Positions 12,664 to 25,740 of a stretch of 64,000 nt of DNA are shown in pieces. The DNA comes from Octopus sinensis (Eukaryota), in the NCBI RefSeq assembly GCF_006345805.1, contig NC_042997.1, positions 195,982,001 to 196,046,000 on the forward strand. The letters run 5' to 3'. Within the stretch, counting starts at the first letter, position 1, and the number at the start of each line of letters is the position of its first letter. Below the pieces are notes generated by a model. It searched no databases and was not told where the DNA came from. It saw only the letters and a list, made by a program, of their open reading frames with translations. Both the position numbers and the translations under genes were made by a program.

Positions 12664-12900
12664 CGGTTTTTTTGACTATTTATAAAATTTTGTATTGATA
12701 AGTCTTTCCTTGTTTGTTTTGCAAAATAGTGGTTTTGTCTCGAATAATATTTTATAATATTTTACTATAAAATCGATTTAATCCTAAATCTGATTTTTTC
12801 GCTGTAAATTTGGATTTATCCCTAATATTTATTATTATATATATGTATATTATATATATAATATATATATATAGAGAGAGAGAGGAGAGAGAGAGAGAGA

Positions 12901-12931
<31 letters not shown>

Positions 12932-13404
12932 ATAGATATATAGATAGACATTCATGCACACACACTTATATGTATGTATGTGTGTATCTGTGTGTTTCAT
13001 TAAAGATAAACTTATTTTCAAGTTTCCCTTTTATCATCACAGAGTTTTCATAATTTTTTTATCAGTTTCTTGCTTCTTATTTTGAAATAATAAACTTCCA
13101 AAAATGAAGCTTCAAGTTTCCAGACCTTCACAGTCGCGTCCTCAAGAAATGAAATAGATTTGACATCTGCTTTGCATTCTGTTCGAATTGTCGAAAAATT
13201 TTTCCCCGAGGGTTTTGTTTTAACTTTTATACTGTAGTAATTTCTGTAGTCTTGTGATGAATTTTCTAAAACAGTTTTTGATATTCTAGTATTGCTTTAT
13301 ATAAATTTTGTTTGGTGTAAGCGGTATGATGTCTTGCAATTGCTTCTTGTCGTGAACGTATAGCGAGTCTAAGCGACTAATATGTCTAATATAACTGCTG
13401 TTAA

Positions 13405-13870
13405 GGCGGTGACCTGCCAGAAATGTTAGCACGGCGGGCGATGTGTTTAGTGGTACTTCGTCTGCTGCTACATGCTGAGTTCAAATTCCGCCGAGTTAGA
13501 CTTTGCCTTTCATCCGTTCGGGGTCGATTAAATAAGTACCAGTTACGCACTGAGGTCGATTAAATAAATACCAGTTCCGCACTGTAGTCGATATAGTCGA
13601 CTTAATCCGTTTGTCTGTCCTTGTTTGTCCCCTCTATGTTTAGCCCCTTGTGGGCAATAAAGAAATAAGGAACGTTAGCACAACGTGTGAAACGCTTAGT
13701 GGCTTTTTGTGAGTCCGTTTTTTTTTTCTTTTCACGTTCTGTGTTCAGATTTCGCCCAGTTAGACTTTGCCTTTCATCCTTTCGGATTCGATTAAATAAA
13801 TATCAGTTACGCACTGGGGTCGATGTAATCGACTTACTCCTTCCTCTGAAATTACTGGTCTGTTACCAAA
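13405..13870 (+). mobile_element. SINE family C, tandem copies
   Basis: Two successive gagttcaaattccgccgag...ttcatcc...ggggtcgat blocks. Confidence 0.8.
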
Positions 13871-14139
13871 ATTTGAATTCATTATAACTGCTTCTATACA
13901 CAAAAATGGCAGATTAATCATGGACGTCTAAAATAAACACCAAAAATTAGAACGACATTATTAGTAAAAGAGCCAACGAATAAAAACTTTATGAATTCGG
14001 TAACGCCTACATAAATTTGTCCCCAACAAAGGGAATCAGTATGTGAATGCTGTGGTCCAAGTGTTATGTTATTAAAAAGAATTGGAGGAAACAATATCAA
14101 CAAAAATTCAAGTGGTATATTCTTTTCTATTCTAGACAC

Positions 14140-14785
14140 AGGACCGAAATTTTGCGTGTAGATGGCCAGTCAATTAGATCGACCCCAGTCTGCAACTAGT
14201 ACTTAATTTATCGACTCCGAAAGGATGAAAGGCAAAGTCGACCTCGGCGGAATTTGAACTCAGAGCGTAAAGACAGGCGAAATACCTATTTCTTTATTAC
14301 CCACAAGGGGCTAAACACAGAGAGGACAAACAAGGACAGACAAATGGATTAAGTCGATTATATCGACCCTAGTGCGTAACTGGTATTTAATTTATCGACC
14401 CCGAAAGGATGAAAGGCAAAGTTGACCTCGGCGGAATTTGAACTCACAACGTAATGACAGACGAAATACCGCTAAGCATTTCGCCCGGCGTGCTAACGAT
14501 TCTGCCAGCTTGCCGCCTTATTTGACTGGATCTCAGAAGCAACAATGGCGGTAAATGAATTTTATTTGTTGCAAATTTTTTTTGTCTTTTTTCTCGAGGC
14601 TCATGGCACGAAATTTGTGGGGAGACGGTCAGTCGATTAGATTGACCCCAGTACTAAACTGGTACTTAATTTATCAACCCCGAAAAGATGAGCGACAAAG
14701 TGGACTGCGGCGGAATTTGAACTCAGACAGACGAAATACGGTTAAGCGTTTCGCCCGGTGTGCAAACGTTTCTGCCAGTTCGCCG
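14140..14785 (-). mobile_element. SINE family C, three tandem/clustered copies
   Basis: Repeated tcgacc(c/t)cgaaaggatgaaaggcaaagtcgacctcggcggaatttgaactc. Confidence 0.85.
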
Positions 14786-15428
14786 CCTTATTTGACAGGT
14801 AAATCAGAAGCAACAATGACGCTAAACGTATTTTATTTGTGGGGAATGTTTTTGGAGGCCGCGTTAACCTGAGGACCCTGAATACGCCTTGAATATTTCT
14901 AGTAGTATGTAAAATATATATCACATTAAATTTTATAGTTCATAGAGTATTAGTTATTATTAGAGCAAATCGATCGGGAGGGGCGTCTGAACAAAGAAAA
15001 ATTAATATATTTGAATAATACTGTGTTGATATTAATACAAAGTTGCTTCTAAATGTAACACTAGCGATCTAATGAAACAGTAATGCGTGGTCAAGAGCTG
15101 CGAAGAAATAACGGATAGAGTAACGCTGGGAGAAGGTGTTAAATTAAAATGGCATAAATAGATTATAGAAAGTGTTGATTAAATGTTTTTTGAGATTGAG
15201 AAAAAAAAACAATAATTAATTAAGTGGTTTACTTCATCTTAGAAACAGATCGATGTGCAAGAATGCTGTGTGATTGAAAAGCATACTTTGCAATCACGTG
15301 GTGTTCAGTCGAGTCTCAATGCGCAGCAACATGGGAAATTGTTTTGTACCATACGCTGGGACAACCATAGGACATTTTATAGAGGGAAATCTCATGAAAG
15401 ACCATTACACACGCACACACACACACAT

Positions 15429-15472
<44 letters not shown>

Positions 15473-15619
15473 TTATTTATACACACACATACATACATAC
15501 ATGCATACATACACACACATATATGTGCGTGTGTATTCATATAATATCATATAGGTAAAAACCCTATTGCATGTTATACATAGGTCCGCCACGGATTTTG
15601 GCTACCATATAATATCATA

Positions 15620-15915
15620 TGTGGAGGCATATGGCCTAGTGGTTAGAGCAGTGGACTCGCGACCGAGGGATCGCGGGTTCGAATCTCAGACCTGGCGATG
15701 TGTGTGTTTAAAAGCGAAACCTAAGTTCCGCGCGGCTCCGGCAATAGGTAATGGCGAACTTCTGCTGACTCTTTCGCCACAACTTTCTCTCACTCTTTCC
15801 TCCTACATCTTGCAGCTCACCTGCGACGGAGCGGCTTCCCGTCCAGGTGGGAAACCTATACACCAAGGAAAACGGAAACCGGCCCTTATGATCCAGGCAT
15901 GGCTCGAGAAGGAAC
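15620..15915 (+). mobile_element. tRNA-derived SINE related to family A
   Basis: A-box-like tggcctagtggttaga and B-box-like gggttcgaatc; the body cacaactttctctcactct is shared with family A. Confidence 0.75.
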
Positions 15916-16093
15916 AAAAAAAATATCATATATTGTATATACATACGGAAATTCGTTGATAACCGCATGTATGTGTGTGTGTATTTGTGTGTCTGCGATT
16001 GTGTGTGTGTGTGTGTGTGTGTGTCTGCCTGTGTGTGTCTGTGTGTGTGTGTCTGTGTTTGCCCGTCTACCCACCGTAGAAGGAAAGAAAAAT

Positions 16094-16128
16094 GTTTTAA
16101 CGTTTCGAGTAGATACCCTTCTTCGGAA
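16094..16128 (-). ncRNA. Degenerate hammerhead-like motif
   Basis: Minus strand reads UU CCGAAGA A GGG uaucua CUC GAAAC GUU AAAAC. Same layout as 30693-30720, but with U4C and a weak stem I. Confidence 0.35.
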
Positions 16129-16914
16129 GCAGAGGAAAGTCCAATAGAAGAGAAGACGGAGGAAGGAAATTGCCAACGATTCACATGTGGTTACACATTC
16201 CCCCACGCACCATGTAATATGATGCTGTGTTCATACCTCTCAGGGTTTCAAGCTTTATAAACCGAAGTAACACATGTTAAATCCCTAATATAACACACGT
16301 CAATACTTAGCAATTGTGACATACACTTGTGTTCTTCGTTACACATATAAGCAAATATATAAACGCACACATCAAATAAACCTCATCCAACATATATTAC
16401 TTAGCCCATGCGAGTTGGGTCTTATCTGCAGAAAACACTTCACCCACTCCGTGTCGAATATTCCGGTAGATTCTATGATCCTACAGTGGTTATTTTCCTT
16501 CCAGTTTTTGCTCCCCTTTCTTCTTCTTCCACGTAACTTGACAAATGACAGCTACGCGAAACATCTATTTATCATTCTTGTTTTTCTTCACGACTTAATT
16601 ACATTCATTTAGTATTTCGTAGTTATGTTTTCTCGTTAGGTTTTTCTCGTAGCTCATCCACATATACGATTCACGTGCTTACAAAGACTTAACTCGGATT
16701 ATCAATGATCCGATATATAGACATGTATGCGTATCCTCGTGTTTGCCTTCCTATTCTGTTGTTATGTCTTGCAACATAGCAGTTTGATAGATGCACAAAT
16801 AAAATATTTGCTAGAAAAAATTCATACGACGTTCAATATGAATATTAATTATAGACTACTTAATAAAAAATAGCAGAATCAGACTAATCGATAAAAGATC
16901 ATAACGATAAACGT

Positions 16915-17205
16915 CACCCTTTTCAAGCCTAGCCAAGCTCATGGGCCCGGTTTCCCGGTTTCTGTGGTGTATATGTTCCCCCCAGGTTGACGGGACGTCA
17001 ATCCATTGCAGCGTTACCCAAGAAACAGAAAGAGAGTTTGGGCTAAAGAGTACAACATGGGTCACCAACACCCACTGCCGGAGCCTCGTAGAGCTTTTAG
17101 GCGTTTTTGCTCAATAAACACACACAACGCCCGGTCTGGGAATCGAAACCTCGATCCTCCAATCGCGAGTCCACTTCCCTAACCACTGGGCCATTGCGCC
17201 TCCAC
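16915..17205 (-). mobile_element. tRNA-derived SINE, family A head
   Basis: Ends in ccctaaccactgggccattgcgcctccact, the reverse complement of the family A start. Confidence 0.75.
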
Positions 17206-17943
17206 TACTAAAAGATCATAGGCTAATCATTAAAAAATAAAATGATCAAACAAAATCCTTAGAACCCCGAAAACATTGTCAACCAATATTTCTTTTTGCT
17301 CCTTGGGTATATATCGAGTTCAATATCCAACGTGGTCATTTTATCGTTACGCTATCCAGAGACGGTAAATCAAGTACCAGTTGAGTACTGGAGCCGATGT
17401 AATCAACTAACCCACTACCTTTAAAGTTGCTGCTCGTGTACCAAAATTAGAAACAAATGTGCGTATGAGGGTCGTGTATGATCGTGACTGTGGCTGCAAT
17501 GTAAATGGATCTATAAATATAGCGTATATGGCGGGACTTCTATTTTCGTTTCATATACAGAATGCTACCAAGTCTACAGAATAATTTATATATGTTCCGA
17601 TTATAGTAAATCTGGCATCGCAAGTGAATTACATGTGGAAAATATAGCATGGAAACTTTTGTTTCAGTTTACCGTGTACTTAAAGGGTCCCGAATTTCAA
17701 TATTCCTATAATTTATATGATATCGCCGGCATTATATCAATATTTACAATTTAGATGTTCAACAGATATCTGATGTGTTGCCTTGCTAACAATATGATGA
17801 ATTACTGGTCTTACAATCTATGATTATATATACATTATAATATAATATAATATAATATCATATAATATAATGTAATATGATATAATATATATACATTATA
17901 CTATATTATGTACGTATATATATATATATATAGATATATATAT

Positions 17944-18013
<70 letters not shown>

Positions 18014-18037
18014 GTACGTATGTATATATATATATAT

Positions 18038-18072
<35 letters not shown>

Positions 18073-18390
18073 ATTGTGGTTATTGTTTATGCTACGAAGT
18101 TGGGTATTTTACAACGCTTTTCAGTGAATTTATATAAAATGATTATCATTTATTTCCTAGCGTTCTCTCATGTAATATTATTTATTATACAATGATTTGT
18201 AAGCTAATATATAATATAATCTCCATTTCTCCATTTGCTCACAACTTTCGGTCCGAAATATGTTTGATAAATTATAGGAAAACAAAAGTAATAAGTTGTT
18301 TGTTTAAATGAATAATTGCACGAATTCCGAATCCTCTCTTCTGCTAATGTATTTACGAGCACTCTTCTCCGATAGAAGAAGGGTTTATAT

Positions 18391-18518
18391 TTATTCTAAT
18401 GGGTTTGGTGATAGGTTTTGTGAAGTTACTGCTTTGATTGAGTGGAATCTGTCATAAAGTGTTCTCTGGAGGTTTTGTCTGATAGCAGCTCGTATGATAT
18501 TACCCGACGGCGCAAGAT
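18391..18518 (-). CDS. Possible terminal coding exon (unidentified)
   Basis: The minus-strand acceptor ttttgtttttttcaataatag| is followed by an open frame (D)LAPSGNIIRAAIRQNLQRTLYDRFHSIKAVTSQNLSPNPLE*, with AATAAA overlapping the stop, in unique sequence. No homology recognised. Confidence 0.25.
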
Positions 18519-19147
18519 CTATTATTGAAAAAAACAAAATCCGATAATCGAGTTCATCAAACAATATGTAGACTTCATTCCCATGTGTAAACATTTAATA
18601 AATATAGTGTGCGTGAAGCCAATAAACAGACATAATATGGCACAATCAAAGAAATTTGATCCTGAAATATAAATAAAATACTATTTCTATATATCCTTCA
18701 TATAAAATATATACTTCCGTATAATTATTCTTCAAGTATGTGATATTACACGGCAGATGTTGACCTGTTGTCATCCTAACATAGGCTTCGTTTCCCTCGG
18801 ATATTCTTCCGCGCAAAATAGTATATCATCTCTATGATATACTATTATCTTTAAAGATAATGATATATTACTTTAAAGACCTTGATTATCGTTACAATGG
18901 ATTTCTTCGAATAAAGTATTCTTACATTAGTCTACGCATTCGTTATTTAAAAAAAAAAATGTTTTTTCACAATAGTGTACGCATTCGTTGAAAATTCCCA
19001 TAATGTTGTTTTAATAGAGTTCATCCGTTTTTGAATAACATTTTATAAAGAGAAATCTTCGTATTCAAATCAACTGACATAACATAATTCGTGGGCTATT
19101 ATCTGCAAAATACTTCTTACCCTTAATATTTCCGTCTTAAATGAAAT

Positions 19148-19345
19148 GCGGCAAGCTGGCAGAATCGTTAGCACACTGGGAGGAAATGCTTAGCTTTTGC
19201 CCCTTACTACGTTCTGAGTTCAAAATCGGCCGAGGTCGACTTCGCGTGTCATCCGTTCGCGGTCGATAGAACAAGTACCATTTGAACACTTGGATCGATG
19301 TAATCGACAACTGCTCACCTCCCTCATTCTGCCCTTGTGGCAAAA
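19148..19345 (+). mobile_element. SINE family C, diverged
   Basis: gcggcaagctggcagaatcgttagcac...gagttcaaaatcggccgaggtcgac. Confidence 0.75.
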
Positions 19346-19408
19346 AAAAAATTGAAATAATAATAATAACAATTATCATTATTGTCACGTTGATTATTAT
19401 AATTATAG

Positions 19409-19760
19409 TGGAGGCGCAATGGCCCAGTGGTTAGGATCGCGGTTTCGATTCCCAGACCGGGCGTTGTGAGTGTTTATTGTGCGAAAACACCTGAGGCTCC
19501 GGCAGGGGATGGTGGTGATCCCTGCTGTACTCTTTCACCACAACTTTCTCTCACTCTTACTTCCTGTTTCTGTTGTACCTGTATTTCAAAGGGCCGGCCT
19601 TGTCACTCTCTGTGTCACGCTGAATATCCCCGAGAACTACGTTAAGGGTACACGTGTCTGTGGAGTGCTCAGCCACTTACACGTTAATTTCACGAGCAGG
19701 CTGTTCCGTTGATCGGATCAACCGGAACCCTCGTCGTCGTAACCGACGGAGTGCTTCCAC
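19409..19760 (+). mobile_element. SINE family A (tRNA-derived), near full length with TSD
   Basis: 13-bp direct repeat attataattatag at 19396-19408 and 19761-19773; head tggaggcgcaatggcccagtggttag...gtttcgattcc. Confidence 0.9.
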
Positions 19761-20292
19761 ATTATAATTATAGCTGTTGTTGATGTTGTTGTTACTGTTT
19801 TGTTTCTGAATAACTTATTTGTTGCGAGTAGCGCCCTTCGATTCAGTTCCGTCAAAATTCGAAAAGTGTTGAATCAATGATACCATTCAATTGTCACCAG
19901 ATTCTTGTGGGGTCATGAAGTGCCAGCTATATACCTACTTCGATTCAATAATACATGGCCTCGTCCTTCAAAATATTTATAACAATGTTGCATACTTTCC
20001 TTACTTCCTTCCCCAAATCGTTAATATTGAATTTCAGAATTGCCAGCATTCACGTATCACACAATTGAGATATAATAAAGCTACGAACCAATATATTGAA
20101 TGTAATTGGGTTCTTGTCAATGAGAATTTTTTTTCTCTTATATTTTTCTGTCTAAAATATCAACTGTTTGACAGGAAAGAGGAACTTATCATGAATACTG
20201 AGTGTAATTATTGTATAACCAAAATTATTGTATTCTCTCAAAGAAAAGGTACCAGAAAACAAAAAACAAAAAAAAAATTGATCAATTGTTCT

Positions 20293-20323
<31 letters not shown>

Positions 20324-20521
20324 CAAGCACACACACGTACACACATATAAATACATATGATATATGTATATATATAAACGCACATATTTCAAGAGAAAAT
20401 CATGATTCAAAATGATTTGTGCTAAATTATATTGATTGTGAAAAGGGGAATGGGTATGCATGCAGTAGTTCGTTACACTTGACTGGAGCCGAAACAGTGA
20501 TATAGCGCACCTTTCCTAACG

Positions 20522-20554
<33 letters not shown>

Positions 20555-20885
20555 GCGTATATATATATATATATATATATCTGTATATATATAAGTTTTA
20601 TTTATTATTTTGCACTTTACTTAATCATTGTTATATGTTTTATCTTATATTTAATCTTTCTATAAGATGTAATTTTTCTAAATGGTATAATTTAATTTTT
20701 CATTATGGAATTGGTAAAATTTTATTTTTCTAATTTACATATATATATATATATATATTGTGAAATTTGATTTCGTATTTCTAAAGTGAATTGTTCCCTG
20801 TAAGTTTGGAATGATATTCTTTAATGATATTATTATTATTATTATATTATTATTATCATTATTACTATTACTATTATTACTACTT

Positions 20886-20918
<33 letters not shown>

Positions 20919-20942
20919 TTATTGTATATATATATATGTGTG

Positions 20943-20998
<56 letters not shown>

Positions 20999-21526
20999 CA
21001 TGTCTGTGTGTGTATACATCTGCTTATATATACACATACACGCACATATATATAATGTAATTAGGATTCAGTTGAATTATGTACTTACATTGAAGCACCT
21101 TGTTAGGAAGAACTTAGTTGCACACTAAGACAATATCAGGTGAGTATGAAACTCTACGTATAAAGGTACTTTACAAATACATCCGAAGTGTAGATTCCAA
21201 GGTAAGTGAGCAAATTATAAATGAGTAACAGGGATGTATAAGTCTCATCGAAGGAGGGATATATTCAGGAGATCGTACTCATTAACTGAGAAAGTGTGAA
21301 ATCCGCTAAATATAATAATAATAATAATAATGATAGCGAAAACAAAACCAATAATTCGATTTACGTGGCATATAGCACTCATAAAAATGTACATAATAAT
21401 CATATCAGAAGCAAGAGTAAAAATATAACAATAATAAAACAGATACTAAGAATAGACTGATAGTTTGTATGTATAGTATTAGAGAAGACATGAACGGTAT
21501 GAACAGATTTAGTACTAGCAATTGTA

Positions 21527-21872
21527 GGACTCCGTCGGTTCATACAATGAGGGTTCCAGTTGATCCGATTAACGGAACAGCCTGCTCGTGAAATTAACGT
21601 GCAAGTGGCTGAGCACTCCACAGACACGTGTGCCCTTGACGTAGTTCTTGGGGAGATTCAGCTTGACACAGAGTGCGACAAAGCTGACTCTTTGAAATAC
21701 AGGTACAACAGAAACAGGAAGAAAGAGTGAGAGAAAGTCGTGGTGAAAGGGTACAGAGGGTGCGCCACCACCACCCCTTGCCGGAGCCTCGCGGAGCTTT
21801 AGGTGTTTTTGCTCAATAAACACTCACAAGGCCCGGTCTGGGAATCGAAACCGCGATCCTACGACCGCGAGT
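21527..21872 (-). mobile_element. SINE family A
   Basis: Reverse complement of 19409-19760. Confidence 0.85.
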
Positions 21873-22054
21873 AATAGCGGTATTAATAATCTATCTAGTA
21901 ACTCGAGAGATAACAGAACGACTATAGTGTCCGCTTTCATAAGCATTAGCATACTAAGGATAAAGGTATAGAGTAGTACTATCTTCCTTTCAATTGCGCA
22001 ATATCCACTAACATATAGAAAATTAAAATAAAAAATATATGTGCCCTTTTGAAC

Positions 22055-22258
22055 GATAGCCAGGCTATCAATGGCGTATGTGTTCCCCAGGTGGATGGGA
22101 CCTCAGTCCATCGCAGCGTTACTCATTTTTGCCAGCTGAGTGGACTGAAGCAACATGAAATGAGCTGTTTTGCTCAAGAATACAACGTCCAGGAATCGAA
22201 ACCACAATCTTACCATCATGATGCTGACACCCTAACCCCTAAACCACGCGCCTCCACT
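22055..22258. mobile_element. Old SINE fragment
   Basis: gctgagtggactgaagcaacatgaaatgagctgttttgctcaagaatacaac...gaatcgaaaccac is typical of tRNA-SINE bodies; partly shared with 16960-17060. Confidence 0.55.
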
Positions 22259-22260
22259 AT

Positions 22261-23800
22261 AGAAAATTACTTACGATTTTACAGAAAATCTTTCCAGCAT
22301 CACATCAATATAGCACAATTTTCTCCTGTATAAAAGTCTGATTATCCTACTCCACCCATCCAAACCTAGGTATAACTTATAGCACGCTTCAATAGAGAAA
22401 ATATTATGCCAGCCCGTGAAAGTAATATTTATAATGATGATAGCAAATTAGCCCCTAGTAACAATTCTAAGAACCGTAAGTTTGTAAATATCAATAATAC
22501 CAATGACAGCCCTGAGAACCCTGATTTAGCCAGTAACAATATAGATAACATGGTTAATAGTAATGAAGATAATGAACTACCGGTGATTCCCCAGGTATCC
22601 CATTGGCAACCATTAGACATTAGTTGCATAACACCTAATTATATAATCCGAGATAGTTGCGTTAATGTAAATTTATGTAATAACACAAATGATAATAACT
22701 TGAGAAATATTTACGTAACCGATAATAATACTTTTATGAATCTGAACAGTACCACGTGTGATGACACTGAATAAGAATAATAGGATTAGAAATGCTAATA
22801 ATAATAATAATAATAATAATAATCTCGTGGCTTCTGATCTTAACTGATTGGAAGTGTTATCATGTACGTTATTTTGTCTTGGTATAAAAGATGGGCTACA
22901 GCAAATATTCTGCTCAGTACCACAGATTTGCTTGTCAGTTGTTTGACCTTAACCAGTTGAGCATGTCCCTTAGTGGCTGACGATATGTGCATCTCTGACC
23001 ACAAGCAGAAGTCGTGGGGGAGCATCATAACCGTGTGCTGAAAGGCATTCTTGGAGGTTCGGATAACTCACCTTTGGATACATGGTTGGTTCGTTCAACA
23101 TCCTTAAACAACCCTTATTCAGGGACCTTTTGAGCGGGATGGGTTACTCGACCAGAAGAAAATTCCAGCTGGGCCCAACCTGCAAGGTCATGTGCTGTTT
23201 ATCTTGATATGAGATCACCATGTCGCGCACACATGGTTGTGATGCATGTGCCTAGAATACCCTTATCAGACGGGTAGTCGTGATGGGTATAATGGGCTTC
23301 GTATATTTTACCCCGGTGTCACTTTGATGGTATGCACTGCTCTATCACTCAATAATAATAATAATAAATAATAATAATAATAATAATAATAATATAATAA
23401 TAATAATAATAATAATACTTGTAGGGAAAGATCCCTTTGCCCATTATCAGGTCAATGTTTAGCAGGAAATATTGTTTATAAATATACAATAGTAACAGAA
23501 AATAATGACTTTATTTATATAGGGTGCTCTGTAAATATGAAAAAAAAAATGATTGAATAACCATTTATCATTCTTTAGACTTATGAATAAAACTAATAGT
23601 ACGTCTTTATCTACGAAAATCTGGGAGCTTAAAGACAATAATATCGATTTAACCCTTAAATGGAATTTAGTGTGTAGAGACCAGCAATACACAAATAACC
23701 AATATGGATGTAGACTATGTTTTATGAAATTGTATGAAATCTTTGAATATAGAGATGAGAATGATTTCATTAATCATAAGTTAGATCTTTGACTGTCATT
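22261..23800 (+). pseudogene. Decayed Penelope-like retroelement 3' ORF (Asn-rich linker plus GIY-YIG endonuclease), interrupted by an insertion
   Basis: 22261 onward reads RKLLTILQKIFPASHQYSTIF. An Asn-rich ORF lies at 22406..22774. From 23417 it reads TCRERSLCPLSGQCLAGNIVYKYTIVTENNDFIYIGCSVN, then after a frameshift TSLSTKIWELKDNNIDLTLKWNL...CRLC. Confidence 0.85.
22821..23350 (+). mobile_element. ~530-bp interspersed element inserted into an (AAT)n tract
   Basis: More GC-rich than its flanks, with (AAT)n on both sides (22798-22820 and 23351-23416); it splits the PLE ORF. Confidence 0.6.
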
Positions 23801-24960
23801 TGTTCATATTATTACCCGTACCTTTAAGTAATTTAGAAGCTGATAATTATTTAGCATATCATAATTGGGTGGAGGGATTAAAACGTTTTTCTTTAATCCC
23901 TTTGATCTATTAACTCTTAGTAATCATAACATATACCTACCTAATACCAGAGGTGAATCTATTCTATCAAGGTTAACATAAATATACTATTTTTCCTTAC
24001 GACTCCTTAATTTTCAAATCTCTCCTAATTATAAAATATACCCTCTGTGATTTGTTACTATTATGCCTCAATTCTTGATTTTCGTCGTATTAAAGATATA
24101 TTTTCTTAACCTATCTCTAATGACAATTTTAATTCTATTTTATCTCTACTGATATGCCTTCTTCCAACTAGTATTACTAGTTAATTAATATTCTTATTAT
24201 TTACATAACAATTCCATTCTAATATCTCCTTATTTTCATTTTATATTACCTTATTTCCTTTTTATATATCTTAGTATAGCATTTTTATTGGCTTACTTTT
24301 ATAATTCTTTTATAAAGAATTTTCTTACTGTAACTTTTTTATAATATTTAATTATAGCTTTTATTACAATTCTTCTCTTAGATATTTTCTTATATTCCCT
24401 CGTATATTTTGTAAATCTTATATCTTATAACTTTATATCTTATGATTTTATATACTCTTCATATACTTATCATACTTTTAGTATATTTTATTAATAATTT
24501 GACAGTTAAAAATTTTTTTTCGAATATCCCACTGTGTACTGTGAACCGAAACTTATGAAATTATAATATTTTTACACATTATATATTTATATATATTAAA
24601 TATTTTGTATATTTTACATTTTCACACCTTTGTATATATACACACATATATATATGTATATATATATCCTTTATATTTTTTATATATTTTCTTATATTAT
24701 ATTCCATATATATAAATATGGCTATATGTTTCTCTTTTATTTTTTATTTCCATATACTTTTAGTTTTTTTATAGCACAACAATTTGGTAGCAATTTATGA
24801 TTTTTAATTCTACTCATATAGAAACCTTACATTATCATGTATATAAATTTTACATTATCCCCTTATTTAGTTATATCTGAAAATTCTTTCCAGCCTTTAT
24901 ATATCTATATATTTACAACGGTTAAAACTTACTCCTTCCATTTATATCCCACTCATAATC
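23800..24960 (+). other. T-rich, very AT-rich tail downstream of the PLE ORF (probable 3' UTR/pLTR)
   Basis: Directly follows the GIY-YIG fragment; includes the hairpin gggattaaa...tttaatccc at ~23874-23900. Confidence 0.4.
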
Positions 24961-24989
24961 CTTTAAGAAGTATTCTTTTTAACAGTACA

Positions 24990-25740
24990 TCATTACGTTC
25001 TGAGTTCAAATTCCGCCGATGTCGACTATGCATTTCATCCCTTTGGGGTCGATAGATTCAATACCGGTTACGTACTGGAGTCGATCTAATCGACTAGCCC
25101 CCTCCCCCAAAATTTCAGGCCTTGCGCCTAGAATAGAAAAGAATATTATTGTTCCTGCAAGTCGGCGAGCTGGCAGAAAACGTTAGCACACCGGGCGAAA
25201 TGCTTAGCGGCTTTTCGTCTGCCGCTACGTTCTGAGTTCAAATTCCGCTGAGGTCGACTTTGCCTTTCATCCTTTCGGGGTAGATTGAATAAGTACCAGT
25301 TACGCACTGGGGTCGATATAATCGACTTAATCCGTTTGTCTGTTCTTGTTTGTCCTCTCTGTGTTTGGTCCCTTGTGGGTAGTAAAAAATAGGTATTTCG
25401 TTTGCCGTTACGGTCTGAGTTCAAATTTCGCCGAGGTCGACTTTGCCTTTCATCCTTTCGGGGCCGATTAAATAAGTATCAGTTACGCACTGAGGTCGAT
25501 ATAATCGACTTAATCCGTTTGTCTGTCCTTGTTTGCCCTCTCTGTGATTATCCCCTTGTGGGTAGTAAAGAAACAGGTATTTCGTCTGTCTTTACGTTCT
25601 GAATTCAAACTCTGCCGAGGTTGACTTTGCTCTTCATTCTTTCGGGGTCGATAAATTAAGTACCAGTTACGCACTGGGGTCGATATAATCGACTGAACCC
25701 CCTCCCCTCAAATTTCTGGCCTTGTCCCTAGAGTAAAAAA
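24990..25740 (+). mobile_element. SINE family C, tandem array of 4 units
   Basis: (t/c)tacg(t/g)tctga(g/a)ttcaaa recurs at ~24994, 25226, 25409 and 25592. Confidence 0.9.

Larger units (their letters stand above)
6247..12756. repeat. 6.5-kb inverted-repeat structure: ~2.27-kb arms (6247-8529 and ~10493-12756) around a ~1.96-kb spacer
   Basis: The right arm is the reverse complement of 6247-8529, including the copy-specific deletion junction aaaaagactaacaaac (~8320). Outer ends are tataaaatattattcgagac / gtctcgaataatattttata; the inner junction is at poly(T) 10483-10498. Confidence 0.92.

Noticed and set aside
21071-21210. Two perfect 5' splice consensus sites (CAG|GTGAGT and AAG|GTAAGT)
   Set aside because: The upstream candidate exon (21071-21139) has stops in all three frames and there is no good acceptor.
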